From Macrostomum lignano (lineage: Eukaryota), in contig NIVC01000190.1 of the NCBI GenBank assembly GCA_002269645.1, forward strand, positions 1 through 64,000: 64,000 bases of DNA, in the 5' to 3' direction. The translations under genes and the position numbers were made by a program. The stretch's first letter is position 1. Each line of letters begins with the position of its first letter. The notes beneath the pieces were generated by a model. The model saw only the letters and a list, made by a program, of their open reading frames with translations. It made no database searches and was not told the DNA's origin. Positions 1 to 13,160 of the stretch are shown one piece after another.

Positions 1-171
1 TATGGTCTTCGATGGGATCTTTTTTGATGCTGCAATGCACTAGTTCAGCAATTTAATCGAAGCTTAACCACTTTGTAATATGCATTTTTGGCTGTTCTGG
101 AGGGGGTAAATTTTCCTAACTTGTTTTAGTATTATGTTTGTAAATATAATTTTCATAAGTTTTGGAATAGC

Positions 172-276
172 CAGACAGACACAGACAGACAGACAGACAG
201 ACAGACAGGGACAGAGCAGACAGACGACAGACAGACAGACAGACAGACAGAAGACAGACAGACAGACAGACAGAGC

Positions 277-310
<34 letters not shown>
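172..310. repeat. (GACA)n microsatellite
   Basis: Direct reading; complement of the (TCTG)n tracts elsewhere in the window. Confidence 0.95.
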
Positions 311-311
<1 letters not shown>

Positions 312-982
312 GAGGCAGGCATTCAAATCCATCGTGCACGCCCGAGTGCACTCAGCTGCAAATATTTAATTGATTTTGCAGACAATATGCAAATTTCTGC
401 ATGGACCCCATATTAATCTGTGATTGATTTAAACAGAAGCTCTACAGAACTTTGTAGCGAAATTAGAAATCAATTGAATACTTCCTGGTTTGTATAAATG
501 AAGCTTAGTCAACCGGTTCGCACTTATATAAAACAGAATTTTAAACAGCTCAGTACTCGCAGATTAATGATTCCCTGAGCTCCATGCTCGCAAGAGGAAA
601 GGTGGCACCGATCGGTATTTTAATTATTAGACTTTCGGCTTCAAATAAATACCTCGGCGAGTGACGCAAACTTCTGACAGGAAGGGCGGGTCGGGCTGAA
701 AAGTGAAAATTAATTAATCGTCAGCCACTTTGGTAGGGGTGGTGCGCATAGAGGGTTTGGACTGCGGGGCTTTTACTCATGCATCGGCGCTTTTTCTGTC
801 AACAAAATTGCTCCTAGAGGACTTGCCGCCGTCAGTTTTGAAGCAACTCTGCAGCCAACTGTCAATGAGGTTTATAAAATTGATTGTTTGAGGCTCTCCT
901 CTGGAATCACACCCTCTACCTTTGAGTCTCCCCCTCAAAATCTCAACCTACTTTTAAGCCGCTTCCATCAAAAATCTCACTC

Positions 983-1229
983 TACTACCTACATACCTAC
1001 AAACCTATCTACCTACTTACCTACCTACCTACCCACCTATCTACCTACCCACCTATCTACCTACGCACCTACCTACCTACCTACCTACTTACCTACTTAC
1101 TTACTTACCTACCTACGCTGCCTACCTACCTACCTACCTACCTACCTACCTACCTACCTACCTACCTACCTACACCTACCTACCTACCATACCTGCCTAC
1201 CTACCTACCTACCTACCTACCTACCTACC
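983..1229. repeat. (CTAC)n microsatellite
   Basis: Direct reading. Confidence 0.95.
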
Positions 1230-1282
1230 ATCGACTATTGAGTCGGTTCTCAAAATGAGTCTCTCATAGAAACCTTATGGTT

Positions 1283-1386
1283 GAGTCTATTGCTGAGTCT
1301 ATTGTGGAATCTATTGCTGAGTCTATTGCTGAGTCTATTGGCTGGTCTATTGCTGAGTCTACTGCTGAGTCTATTGCTGAGTCTAT
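1283..1386. repeat. 12-bp tandem repeat GAGTCTATTGCT
   Basis: About 8-9 units just upstream of the Msx homeobox exon. Confidence 0.9.
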
Positions 1387-1424
1387 ATGTTCCCCAACAA
1401 AACACTGCCCCCCCCCCTACTCAG

Positions 1425-1573
1425 AGCGCGCGGAATTCTCATCAAGGCTTAGTCTAACTGAGACTCAAGTAAAAATTTGGTTTCAAAATCGCGAGCCAAG
1501 GAGAAACGACTGCAAGAGGCCGAGTTTGAGAAGCTGCGCTTATCGAAACACTTTCTGAGTCAGCAGGATTTCG
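1425..1573 (+). CDS. Msx: Msx/msh homeobox exon (helices 2-3 and C-terminal extension), with a 1-nt deletion at about 1492
   Basis: Reads [23 protein letters not shown]. After a one-base shift it continues [15 protein letters not shown], matching the Msx signature [38 protein letters not shown]. Acceptor tcag at 1421-1424, donor G/gtgagt after 1573. The helix-1 exon is not in the window. Confidence 0.88.
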
Positions 1574-1666
1574 GTGAGTGACATCATGCGTTGCTTTCTA
1601 AAATAGAATGAAGGTTGAGAGATGACAGGTAGGTTGAGAAGAAATGAGACAGCATAGGGGCAGGGA

Positions 1667-2375
1667 GGGGCGCTGTCCCTGGTGGGGGTGCTGTCCCTGG
1701 TGGGGGTGCTGTCCCTGGGTGGGGGTGCTGTCCCTGGGTGGGGGTGCTGTCCCTGGGTGGGGGTGCTGTCCCTGGGTGGGGGTGCTGTCCCTGGGTGGGG
1801 GTGCTGTCCCTGGGTGGGGTGCTGTCCCTGGGTGGGGGTGCTGTCCCTGGGTGGGGGTGCTGTCCCTGGTGGGGGTGCTGTCCCTGGGTGGGGGACACTG
1901 TCCCTGGGTGGGGGTGCTGTCCCTGGGTGGGGGTGCTGTCCCTGGGTGGGGGTGCTGTCCCTGGGTGGGGGTGCTGTCCCTGGGTGGGGGTGCTGTCCCT
2001 GGGTGGGGGTGCTGTCCCTGGGTGGGGGTGCTGTCCCTGGGTGGGGGTGCTGTCCCTGGGTGGGGGTGCTGTCCCTGGGTGGGGGGTGCTGTCCCTGGGT
2101 GGGGGTGCTGTCCCTGAGTGGGGGTGCTGTCCCTGGGTGGGGGGGCGCTGTCCCTGAGTGGGGGACACTGTTCCTGGGTGGGGGTGCTGTCCCTGGGTGG
2201 GGGTGCTGTCCCTGGGTGGGGGGGGGGCGCTGTCCTGAGTGGGGGACACTGTTCCTGGGTGGGGGCACTGTCCCTGGGTGGGGGTGCTGTCCCTGGGTGT
2301 GGGGCGCTGTCCCTGGGTGGGGGCACTGTTCCTGGGTGGGGGGCACTGTTCCTGGTGGGGGGGGCGCTGTCCCTG
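1667..2375. repeat. 19-bp G-rich minisatellite (GGGTGGGGGTGCTGTCCCT) in the Msx intron
   Basis: Period 19 (gtgctgtccc at 1744 and 1763). Confidence 0.95.
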
Positions 2376-2536
2376 GGTGGGGATAGCACTGTCCTTGATG
2401 GAGGGGCGCTAACCCCGGGGGAGGGGCCGCTGTGTCTGGGTGGGAGCGCTGTCTATAGGCTTTAGCCTTCAGAGAAAATAATGAACTCGACTAGAAGTCA
2501 AAGTTCCAATTTTTTCTACTCAACTGCCCTGCTTAG

Positions 2537-2703
2537 AATTCGCGGCTTTGGCAGCAGTGTCCGGCCTCCTGTCCTTCAAAGAGCCGCCTCCGTCATCAGC
2601 AACAGCAGCGACCTCAACTGCTTCTGCGACTTCCGCCGCTAATTCTTCTTCTTCCAGTAGCGGCGGACGACGCCGAAGACTTGAACCGCCGCAAACCTGT
2701 TGA
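2537..2703 (+). CDS. Msx: Probable last coding exon of the Msx gene
   Basis: Acceptor gcttag at 2531-2536, phase 1 compatible with the donor at 1573. Encodes EFAALAAVSGLLSFKEPPPSSATAATS...RRRRLEPPQTC then TGA. AATAAA at 2715-2720. Confidence 0.6.
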
Positions 2704-3734
2704 GAAAATTTTCGAATAAATGACTGCTTATTGAATTTTTAATCCCTAACTAACGTGAAAATTTTAATTAAAAAATATTAAATCCAACCATATTCAATCC
2801 TTGCTCCCACGTATAAACATCTTCAGAAACGTGACGCGATAGAATTTTTAAATAATTTTATTCAAATTTGTACAATTTTTCAGAACACAAGCATGGCAAA
2901 AAACTGTAGTTTATAGTTGTGTTATACAGTTTAAGACAAAAGTTTATGAGCCGCATTTCTCGGTTAAAAGTTTTAATCTGTAAAATGTTTGAAATGTAAC
3001 ATTATTTTTAAATTGATCGATTAAATCAGAAAGATAAATAAAAACTAACAAATAGATTTAATATATTTATATCGTAGCTAAGTATAAGTAAAATCTTCAT
3101 CAATCATCAATATAAGCAAATAGAAGAAATAACTTATTTTTAATTGTTCAGTTTAACAAAACAAAAGAAGAAAATGACAAACAAAAGAGGTTCAGTTTAA
3201 CCAAAATTTAAATTTACAGTTGGTTCCAGCTTTTTAAACCAAAACATATTTCCCATGACTTTTGAAGATTTCTTTAACATTTCGCGTTTTTATTATTTAT
3301 TTTTTTGCATCAACTCAACTAGAAATGAAACCGACATGCTGTCCCCTTGTCCAGTTTGTTCCATTATATTTAATTATCGTGACGATAAATATGCCGTTCC
3401 TTCCAAACTATTTATAAATTTGTTGCATCTGTACGTCTGCTTTCCGTTTTCGATTTGTTGTTTGCCGTTATAATAAATGTTTTGTGTATAAATTTACATT
3501 TGGTAACACGAATATATAAAAATAATAAAATGTTTTAATTTGACTTGAAACTAATTATTGTGTAGAGTGCTTATTTGAACTGTACGTTATGTACATATAG
3601 GGGCATTAAAATTCATTTGCCTGTTTCTGCTGATTCCCCGTATGGTGGACATCAAAACCTGCAGGGCGTAAAATGTCTACTTTTGGCTACTAGAAGAAAT
3701 ATCCGCTTTTTCGCTCAAACTCCACTTTAGCAAC

Positions 3735-4518
3735 CGAAATGTCCACTTTGGCACCGAGATGTCCACTTTGGCTACCGAAATGTCCACTTTGGCTACCGAA
3801 ATGTCCACTTTGGCTACGGAGATGTCCACTTTGGCTACGGAGATGTCCACTTTGGCTACCAAAATGTCCACTTTGGCTACGGAGATGTCCACTTTGGCTA
3901 CGGAGATGTCCACTTTGGCTACCGAAATGTCCACTTTGGCTACCGAAATGTCCACTTTGGCTACCAAAATGTCCACTTTGGCTACGGAGATGTCCACTTT
4001 GGCTACCGAAATGTCCACTTTGGCTACCGAAATGTCCACTTTGGCTACCGAAATGTCCACTTTGGCTACCGAAATTTCCACTTTGGCTACCGAAATGTCC
4101 ACTTTGGCTACCGAAATGTCCACTTTGGCTACCGAAATGTCCACTTTGGCACCGAAATGTCCACTTTGGCACCGAAATGTCCACTTTGACTACCGAAATG
4201 TCCACTTTGGCTACCGAAATGTCCACTTTAGCTGCCGAAATGTCCACTTTGGCTACCGAGATGTCCACTTTGGCTACCGAAATGTCCACTTTAGCTGCCG
4301 AAATGTCCACTTTGGCTACCGAGATGTCCACTTTGGCTACCGAAATGTTCACTTTGGCTGCCGAAATGTCCACTTTAGCTGCCGAAATGTCCACTTTGGC
4401 TACCGAGATGTCCACTTTGGCACCGAGATGTCCACTTTGGCTACGGAGATGTCCATTTTGGCTACCGAAATGTCCACTTTGGCACCCGAATTTCCATTTT
4501 CCGCCTAAAATGTCCACT
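3735..4518. repeat. 21-bp minisatellite (AAATGTCCACTTTGGCTACCG)
   Basis: Tandem units with 18-bp variants. Confidence 0.95.
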
Positions 4519-5044
4519 TAGTATCAGTCGTCTACACCGGCAACAGTAAAAGTCGATGTCGATCAACGAGACCCCACCGATCGGCCACTGGGGAGCACCT
4601 GACTTCTGCTGCGAAACCAATTATTATTTGCCTCAGTGGGTCCCTCCTGTTGATGAAAATCACTCGCCGGATCGCACCTCGTCCACTCCGAGTAAACCCC
4701 CCTTCCCAGCCCCAGGGGAACCGGGGACTCGAACTGCTATAACAGTGTGAGATAAGAAAACTTCTCGCTATAGCAGTCCCAGTGGCCCGTGTTCTCAAAA
4801 GTTAATTACTATACTAACTCTTTAGAGCTATGTTTTATTCGATAACCACTAGGCCGCCGTCTCTGGGGAGACATGGAGCCGTGCAGCACCGTTTTGGGGG
4901 TTTCAGCAGCATGGCCCGATGGGCGAACACTTATTGCCAATGCTAAACAAATTTAACAGAGGCGCGGGGTAACTGTCACTGCGTTCGACAGAATTGAAAC
5001 TGGCGCGGCTCTCCAAGCCTTAAGTCTCCCTGCTACCCCTCTCT

Positions 5045-7470
5045 ATATACCTCTCTCTACCTCTCCTCCCTTTCCTCTACCTCTCTCTGCCTCTCCTCCC
5101 TTCCCTCTACCTCTCTCTGCCTCTCCTCCCTTCCCTCTACCTCTCTCTACCTCTCCTCCCTTCCCTCTACCTCTCTCTGCCTCTCCTCCCTTCCCTCTAC
5201 CTCTCTCTGCCTCTCCTCCCTTCCCTCTACCTCTCTCTACCTCTCCTCCCTTCCCTCTACCTCTATCTACCTCTCCTCCCTTCCCTCTACCTCTCTCTGC
5301 CTCTCCTCCCTTCCCTCTACCTCTCTCTGCCTCTCCTCCCTTCCCTCTACCTCTCTCTACCTCTCCTCCCTTCCCTCTACCTCTCTCTGCCTCTCCTCCC
5401 TTCCCTCTACCTCTCTCTGCCTCTCCTCCCTTCCCTCTACCTCTCTCTGCCTCTCCTCCCTTCCCTCTACCTCTCTCTGCCTCTCCTCCCTTCCCTCTAC
5501 CTCTCTCTACCTCTCCTCCCTTCCCTCTACCTCTCTTTGCCTCTCTCTACCTCTCCTCCCTTCCCTCTACCTCTCTTTGCCTCTCTCTACCTCTCCTCCC
5601 TTCCCTCTACCTCTCTCTGCCTCTCCTCCCTTCCCTCTACCTCTCTCTGCCTCTCCTCCCTTCCCTCTACCTCTCTCTACCTCTCCTCCCTTCCCTCTAC
5701 CTCTCTCTGCCTCTCCTCCCTTCCCTCTACCTCTCTCTACCTCTCCTCCCTTCCCTCTACCTCTCTCTGCCTCTCCTCCCTTCCCTCTACCTCTCTCTAC
5801 CTCTCCTCCCTTCCCTCTACCTCTCTTTGCCTCTCTCTACCTCTCCTCCCTTCCCTCTACCTCTCTCTACCTCTCCTCCCTTCCCTCTACCTCTCTCTGC
5901 CTCTCCTCCCTTCCCTCTACCTCTCTCTACCTCTCCTCCCTTCCCTCTACCTCTCTCTGCCTCTCCTCCCTTCCCTCTACCTCTCTCTACCTCTCCTCCC
6001 TTCCCTCTACCTCTCTCTACCTCTCCTCCCTTCCCTCTACCTCTCTCTGCCTCTCCTCCCTTCCCTCTACCTCTCTCTACCTCTCCTCCCTTCCCTCTAC
6101 CTCTCTTTGCCTCTCTCTACCTCTCCTCCCTTCCCTCTACCTCTCTCTACCTCTCCTCCCTTCCCTCTACCTCTCTCTACCTCTCCTCCCTTCCCTCTAC
6201 CTCTCTCTACCTCTCCTCCCTTCCCTCTACCTCTCTCTACCTCTCCTCCCTTCCCTCTACCTCTCTCTGCCTCTCCTCCCTTCCCTCTACCTCTCTCTAC
6301 CTCTCCTCCCTTCCCTCTACCTCTCTCTGCCTCTCCTCCCTTCCCTCTACCTCTCTCTACCTCTCCTCCCTTCCCTCTACCTCTCTCTGCCTCTCCTCCC
6401 TTCCCTCTACCTCTCTCTACCTCTCCTCCCTTCCCTCTACCTCTCTCTGCCTCTCCTCCCTTCCCTCTACCTCTCTCTGCCTCTCCTCCCTTCCCTCTAC
6501 CTCTCTCTGCCTCTCCTCCCTTCCCTCTACCTCTCTCTACCTCTCCTCCCTTCCCTCTACCTCTCTCTGCCTCTCCTCCCTTCCCTCTACCTCTCTCTGC
6601 CTCTCCTCCCTTCCCTCTACCTCTCTCTACCTCTCCTCCCTTCCCTCTACCTCTCTCTGCCTCTCCTCCCTTCCATCTACCTCTCTTTGCCTCTCTCTAC
6701 CTCTCCTCCCTTCCCTCTACCTCTCTTTGCCTCTCTCTACCTCTCCTCCCTTCCCTCTACCTCTCTCTGCCTCTCCTCCCTTCCCTCTACCTCTCTCTGC
6801 CTCTCCTCCCTTCCCTCTACCTCTCTCTACCTCTCCTCCCTTCCCTCTACCTCTCTCTGCCTCTCCTCCCTTCCCTCTACCTCTCTTTGCCTCTCTATAT
6901 ATCTCTCTCTACCTCTCCTCCCTTCCCTCTACCTCTCTCTGCCTCTCCTCCCTTCCCTCTACCTCTCTCTGCCTCTCCTCCCTTCCCTCTACCTCTCTCT
7001 ACCTCTCCTCCCTTCCCTCTACCTCTCTCTGCCTCTCCTCCCTTCCCTCTACCTCTCTCTACCTCTCCTCCCTTCCCTCTACCTCTCTCTGCCTCTCCTC
7101 CCTTCCCTCTACCTCTCTCTGCCTCTCCTCCCTTCCCTCTACCTCTCTCTACCTCTCCTCCCTTCCCTCTACCTCTCTCTGCCTCTCCTCCCTTCCCTCT
7201 ACCTCTCTTTGCCTCTCTATATATCTCTCTCTACCTCTCCTCCCTTCCCTCTACCTCTCTTTGCCTCTCTATATATCTCTCTCTACCTCTCCTCCCTTCC
7301 CTCTACCTCTCTCTACCTCTCCTCCCTTCCCTCTACCTCTCTTTGCCTCTCTATATACCTCTCCTCCCTTCCCTCTACCTCTCTTTGCCTCTCTATATAC
7401 CTCTCCTCCCTTCCCTCTACCTCTCTTTGCCTCTCTATATACCTCTCCTCCCTTCCCTCTACCTCTCTTT
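5045..7470. repeat. 30-bp pyrimidine-rich minisatellite (CTCTACCTCTCTCTRCCTCTCCTCCCTTCC), about 2.4 kb
   Basis: Two units per 60-nt line, with occasional 40-bp variant units. Confidence 0.97.
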
Positions 7471-7954
7471 GCCTCTCTTTACCTCATCACCTTTCCCTCT
7501 ACCTCTCTTTACCTCTCTCTACCTCTGCGCTTCCCTCCACCTCTCTGTCTACCTCTCACCCTCCATCCCTCTCTGTCTGCTGAAATACATTCTGATGATG
7601 AAGGCCCGACAGGATTTTCCCAGAAATTTCACCCCAGTAGTACCACCCAATTAGGTACTCTACATATTGGTAAATTTCCTTTTCAAGTCAATTTGAGAAT
7701 GCTGTTTGAGAAAAGAATCCTAGCCAATATTCTAACTGTAGCAGTCCATGGCATCGGCCTGACTGGCAGCCAACTAATCAGCGAGTGTTCAAGCGTTTCA
7801 CAGCCCCGGCTTGCTTATCGGGTTGATAAATTTGGCCAATTTTGTTTAATTTCATTTTTCCTGGAGCTCTCGGCCGGTAGAGACGGCCACTTTTTCTAGG
7901 AAAGTTGCGCTGCCACCTCTCTCGTTGAATGAACGAAAACTGGTGCAAAAGGCA

Positions 7955-8790
7955 GAGACATACCCAGAGACATATTAGAGACATTACAGGGACATGCCCA
8001 GAGACACACCCAGAGACATATTAGAGACATTACAGGGACATGCCCAGAGACACACCCAGAGACATATTAGAGACATGCCAGGGACATGCCCAGAGACACA
8101 CCCAGAGACATACTAGAGACATGCCAGGGACATGCCCAGAGACACACCCAGAGACATATTAGAGACATACAGGGACATGCCCAGAGACACACCCAGAGAC
8201 ATATTAGAGACATGCCAGGGACATGCCCAGAGACACACCCAGAGACATATCTAGAGACATTTAGAGACATATCCAGAGACAAATACCCAAAGACATATCT
8301 AGAGACACACCCAGAGACAAATACCCAGAGACATGTCTAGAGACACACCCAGAGACAAATACCCAGAGACATATCTAGAGACACACCCAGAGACAAATAC
8401 CCAGAGACATATCTAGAGACACACCCAGAGACAAATACCCAGAGACATATCTAGAGACACACCCAGAGACAAATACCCAGAGACATATCTAGAGACACAC
8501 CCAGAGACAAATACCCCGAGTCATATCTAGAGACACACCCAGAGACAAATACCCAGAGACATATCTAAAGACACACCCAGAGACAAATACCCCGAGTCAT
8601 ATCTAGAGACACACCCAGAGACAAATACCCCGAGTCATATCTAGAGACCCACCCAGAGACAAATACGTACTCAGAGACATACCAGAGACATACCCAGAGA
8701 CATACCCAGAGACATATTAGAGACAGACCCAGAGACACACATGTATTAGAAACATACCCAGAGATAAACCTAGAGACATACCCAGACACA
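7955..8790. repeat. 38-41-bp CCCAGAGACA-based minisatellite
   Basis: agacacaccc at 8341 and 8379. Confidence 0.9.
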
Positions 8791-9427
8791 TGCACATCTA
8801 TGACAAAGCATGTACAGACTAAAGCATGCATGTCGTACATCGAAACATACTTAGACATGTAGAGATTATGGACATCATTGCTCATGGCTGATCATTTTGC
8901 ATCAAACAATAATTGAAACACATTCATTGGCACAAGCCAATGCTAAGTGATTGGAAGTGAAGGAAGACCACTTACATGTAAGTGAAGGTACCCTGAGCCA
9001 CTTGGGAATATTTCTTAGCATTAGCTGCAGTACAGGAGGCTTTCGTTAAAACAAACAAATTAAATCATTTTTTCAAGACCAATGATTTAGGTTATATTGT
9101 ATAAACAATTTTTAAAACAGCACGTTACATTTTAGCCACGCAACTGGTTCAATAGCGTCCCTTACCCCTATAGGTTTCAATATTTCCCCATCCCCCACTT
9201 TGTCAGGGGAGGGGAGCTGAACAGACAATATGGTAAGCCAACTGCACCCATCGCGGTAGGTCTTGCCGTTAATACCCTCTTCGCATCCTATACCGGCCCA
9301 GCTTCGAACGTTGAAAGCTTTGTGAAAAGGTTTAATATTCAGGCAGACTAACTGGTATGCTGTTCATGGAGTACTAAAGCTCCTATTTATAGAGTTTGGC
9401 AAGGCGGCAATGCCTTATGTCATGAGG

Positions 9428-9828
9428 GAATTGCTGAGATGACTAGGCTTACCGGAGAGAATTGCTGAGATGTCAAGGCTTACTGGGGGGAATTGCTGAG
9501 ATGTCAAGGCTTACTGGGGGGAATTGCTGAGATGTCGAGGCTTACCGGGGGGAATTGCTGAGATGTCGAGGCTTACCGGAGAGAATTGCTGAGATGTCAA
9601 GGCTTACTGGGGGGAATTGCTGAGATGTCAAGGCTTACTGGGGGGAATCGCTGAGATGTAAAGGCTTACCGGAGAGAATTGCTGAGATGTCAAGGCTTAC
9701 CGGGGAGAATCGCTGAGATGTCAAGGCTTACCGGAGAGAATTGCTGAGATGTCAAGGCTTACCGGAGAGAATTGCTGAGATGTCAAGGCTTACGGGGGGA
9801 ATTACTGAGATGTCGAGGCTTACGGGGG
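9428..9828. repeat. 31-bp minisatellite (AATTGCTGAGATGTCAAGGCTTACYGGRGRG)
   Basis: tactgggggg at 9481 and 9512. Confidence 0.93.
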
Positions 9829-10639
9829 ATTGTTTAGATGTTGACGCTGAATGCCATAGTTGAGCAATAAAGCTCCTACAGTGTATATACGGCAAAGTAA
9901 TTTGGTAATTTGGCAAGGCGGAACTGCTGTTCATGGATTACTAAAGCTCCTTGTATATAGAATTTGGTTAGTTATTCGTGATCCAAAAAAATGTTTGCTA
10001 GGCTGAAACAATGCTTGGAAAAATCAATTAAGAGAATATATTATAATATGCATATAAATAGTTTTCAAAATGTCATTATAAAAAGCCTCATACCAGATTT
10101 TGGTATATATATGGTAACATGGTTGCATTAGAGAGAGGATTCTGTGACTGACTGAGAAAAGGTGCCCAAACAGTCATATGGGAGAAGGCTGTGTGGCGCC
10201 TAGCCTTAATGGCTATTTAATTAGACCTATTTGCTTTGAAAGACAGAAAGAGAGAGAGAGAGAGTCGGAGAGTGGGGTCTAAGGGGTAGACAACAAGGGG
10301 AATCCATTTCAAAAAGAGGCTGTGTATGCGGACCACGTGCGGGGGTTGGGGCAATCACGGCCCGCCGATGTGTATGTTGAGCCGGCGGCCCATTCATAAC
10401 AGAGAGCCGCAGAGGATCCACCCGAGCCAAATTGAAAGTGACTGCTGAAAATTGCGCGTCTGGACAGACGGCGGGAGGGACTCCGATGGTTTTGTTAAAG
10501 TGGGGCGGGGACCTCTGACATTGATTATCTGGACTGGATATCTGATTTACACTGTTTCTGGAAATATTCTCTAGCGCATTGATTCTCTAGCTCATTGATT
10601 ACACGATTGTGACTAAATATCCGGACGCAAAGAAAAGGT

Positions 10640-11390
10640 CAAGCTGACCTCCTTGGCCCTAACTGGATCCAGAGGTGGTCAGCTGACTCCCTTGACTCCG
10701 CCTGAATCCAGGGGTGGTCAGCTGACCCCCCTTGACCCTAGCTGGATCCATAAGTAGTCAGCTGACCCCTTGGCCCCAACTGGATCCAGAGGTGGCCATC
10801 TGACTCCCTTGACTCCGCCTGAATCCAGGGGTGGTCAGCTGACCCCCCTTGACCCTAGCTGGATCCATAAGTAGTCAGCTGACCCCCTTGGCCCCAACTG
10901 GATCCAGAGGTGGTCAGCTGACTCCCTTGACTCCGCCTGAATCCAGAGGTGGTCAGCTGACCCCTAGACCCTAACTGGATCCATAAGTGGTCAGCTGACC
11001 CCCTAGACCCTAACTGGATCCATAAGTGGTCAGCTGACCCTCTAGACCCTAACTGGATCCATAAGTGGTCAGCTGACCCCCTGGCCTAACTGGATCCATA
11101 AGTGGTCAGCTGACCCCCTAGACCCTAACTGGATCCATAAGTGGTCAGCTGACCCCCTAGACCCTAACTGGATCCATAAGTGGTCAGCTGACCCTCTAGA
11201 CCCTAACTGGATCCATAAGTGGTCAGCTGACCCTCTAGACCCTAACTGGATCCATAAGTGGTCAGCTGACCCCCTAGACCCTAACTGGATCCATAAGTGG
11301 TCAGCTGACCCCCTAGACCCTAACTGGATCCATAAGTGGTCAGCTGACCCCTTGACTTCGCCTGAATCCAGAGGTGGTCAGCTGACCTAT
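10640..11390. repeat. 39-bp minisatellite containing the palindrome GGTCAGCTGACC
   Basis: ccataagtgg at 10981 and 11020. Confidence 0.93.
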
Positions 11391-11906
11391 TGGCATTGAC
11401 CTACTTGGATACAGAGGTTGCTCAAGTGACCCATTTGACCACAGTATTGGCCACTTGTACAAAAAGGTACCTCGTTAACAAATATGGTGGCAATTTTCGA
11501 TTTTCTTAGCAAATTTATGAAAAATAATAAGCTACTAACTGTTTTTTTGAAACGATTCTAGCGTCTGTAGAGAGTGTGCCAGCTTGGTGTAAACCGTGAG
11601 TTCAGTCTTGATCCCGTGCTGGCACGATGTTTTTGGATGAGGCAGCGGCCGTCCATCCATGCTTTCCAAACCAGCGATGTAGGAGTCCCTGGGTCCGGGG
11701 CTTCGCGGTCAAAGACTAATTGTTGGGACAGTGAAACACAAACACAACCTCGTCGCTTGTGCACGGGACTGCCTCGCTCCCATGCCGTGATTGCCCTGTT
11801 GCTCGTCTGAATTGCCTGCGCCCAGGGCAGGAGAAGCACTTGCTGTAGCTTGCCCGCTGTGTGCCCGCGAGGGCTACGGCTATTTGGTGGAACACAGCGC
11901 GCAGTT

Positions 11907-12497
<591 letters not shown>

Positions 12498-12854
12498 GTG
12501 AGGTGCCGGGCGTGTTTTGATGTACTGCACTGCACCTGACTCACCTGAGTCCAATAATGAGTAACTCTAACTAGCCAGCCAGCCTAACTAACCAAACCGG
12601 CCTACTCCGGTGTACGCTGCTCTGCGTACTTTCTCTCTCTCTCCCTTGGCATGATAATATTCAGTAGTGATAGATTCTGAGTTTTAAGCCCACTTACTAG
12701 TTTGTCTTTTAAGCCTATATATTGGTCTCGCCACCTACCACCTCGTATCTCACTATCATTGCTATATTTCGCTTGTCTCAAATACACAACCTCGTACTTG
12801 ACTCTAACCAAGCCCACGGGCGGCCTTGTCATCGTTTACTGGGCGCGACTTGAC

Positions 12855-13160
<306 letters not shown>

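Noticed and set aside
888-985. TFESPPQNLNLLLSRFHQK resembling Msx helix 1 (FTTAQLLALERKFRQK)
   Set aside because: The Phe-to-Phe spacing is wrong (14 versus 12), no suitable donor, and it merges into the (CTAC)n repeat.
1540-4521. Pro/Gly-rich and SVAKVDI-repeat ORFs
   Set aside because: Translations of the 19-bp and 21-bp minisatellites; the first lies inside the Msx intron.
5537-7899. Three ORFs of about 670-705 aa (LPLSTSPPF, SSLPSTSL repeats)
   Set aside because: They are open in all three plus frames only because the C/T-rich 30-bp repeat lacks stop codons; no domain or splice context.
11620-11745. MFLDEAAAVHP as a Walker-B motif of an SF1 helicase
   Set aside because: Needs two frameshifts and in-frame stops to extend, and there is no Walker A; not supportable.
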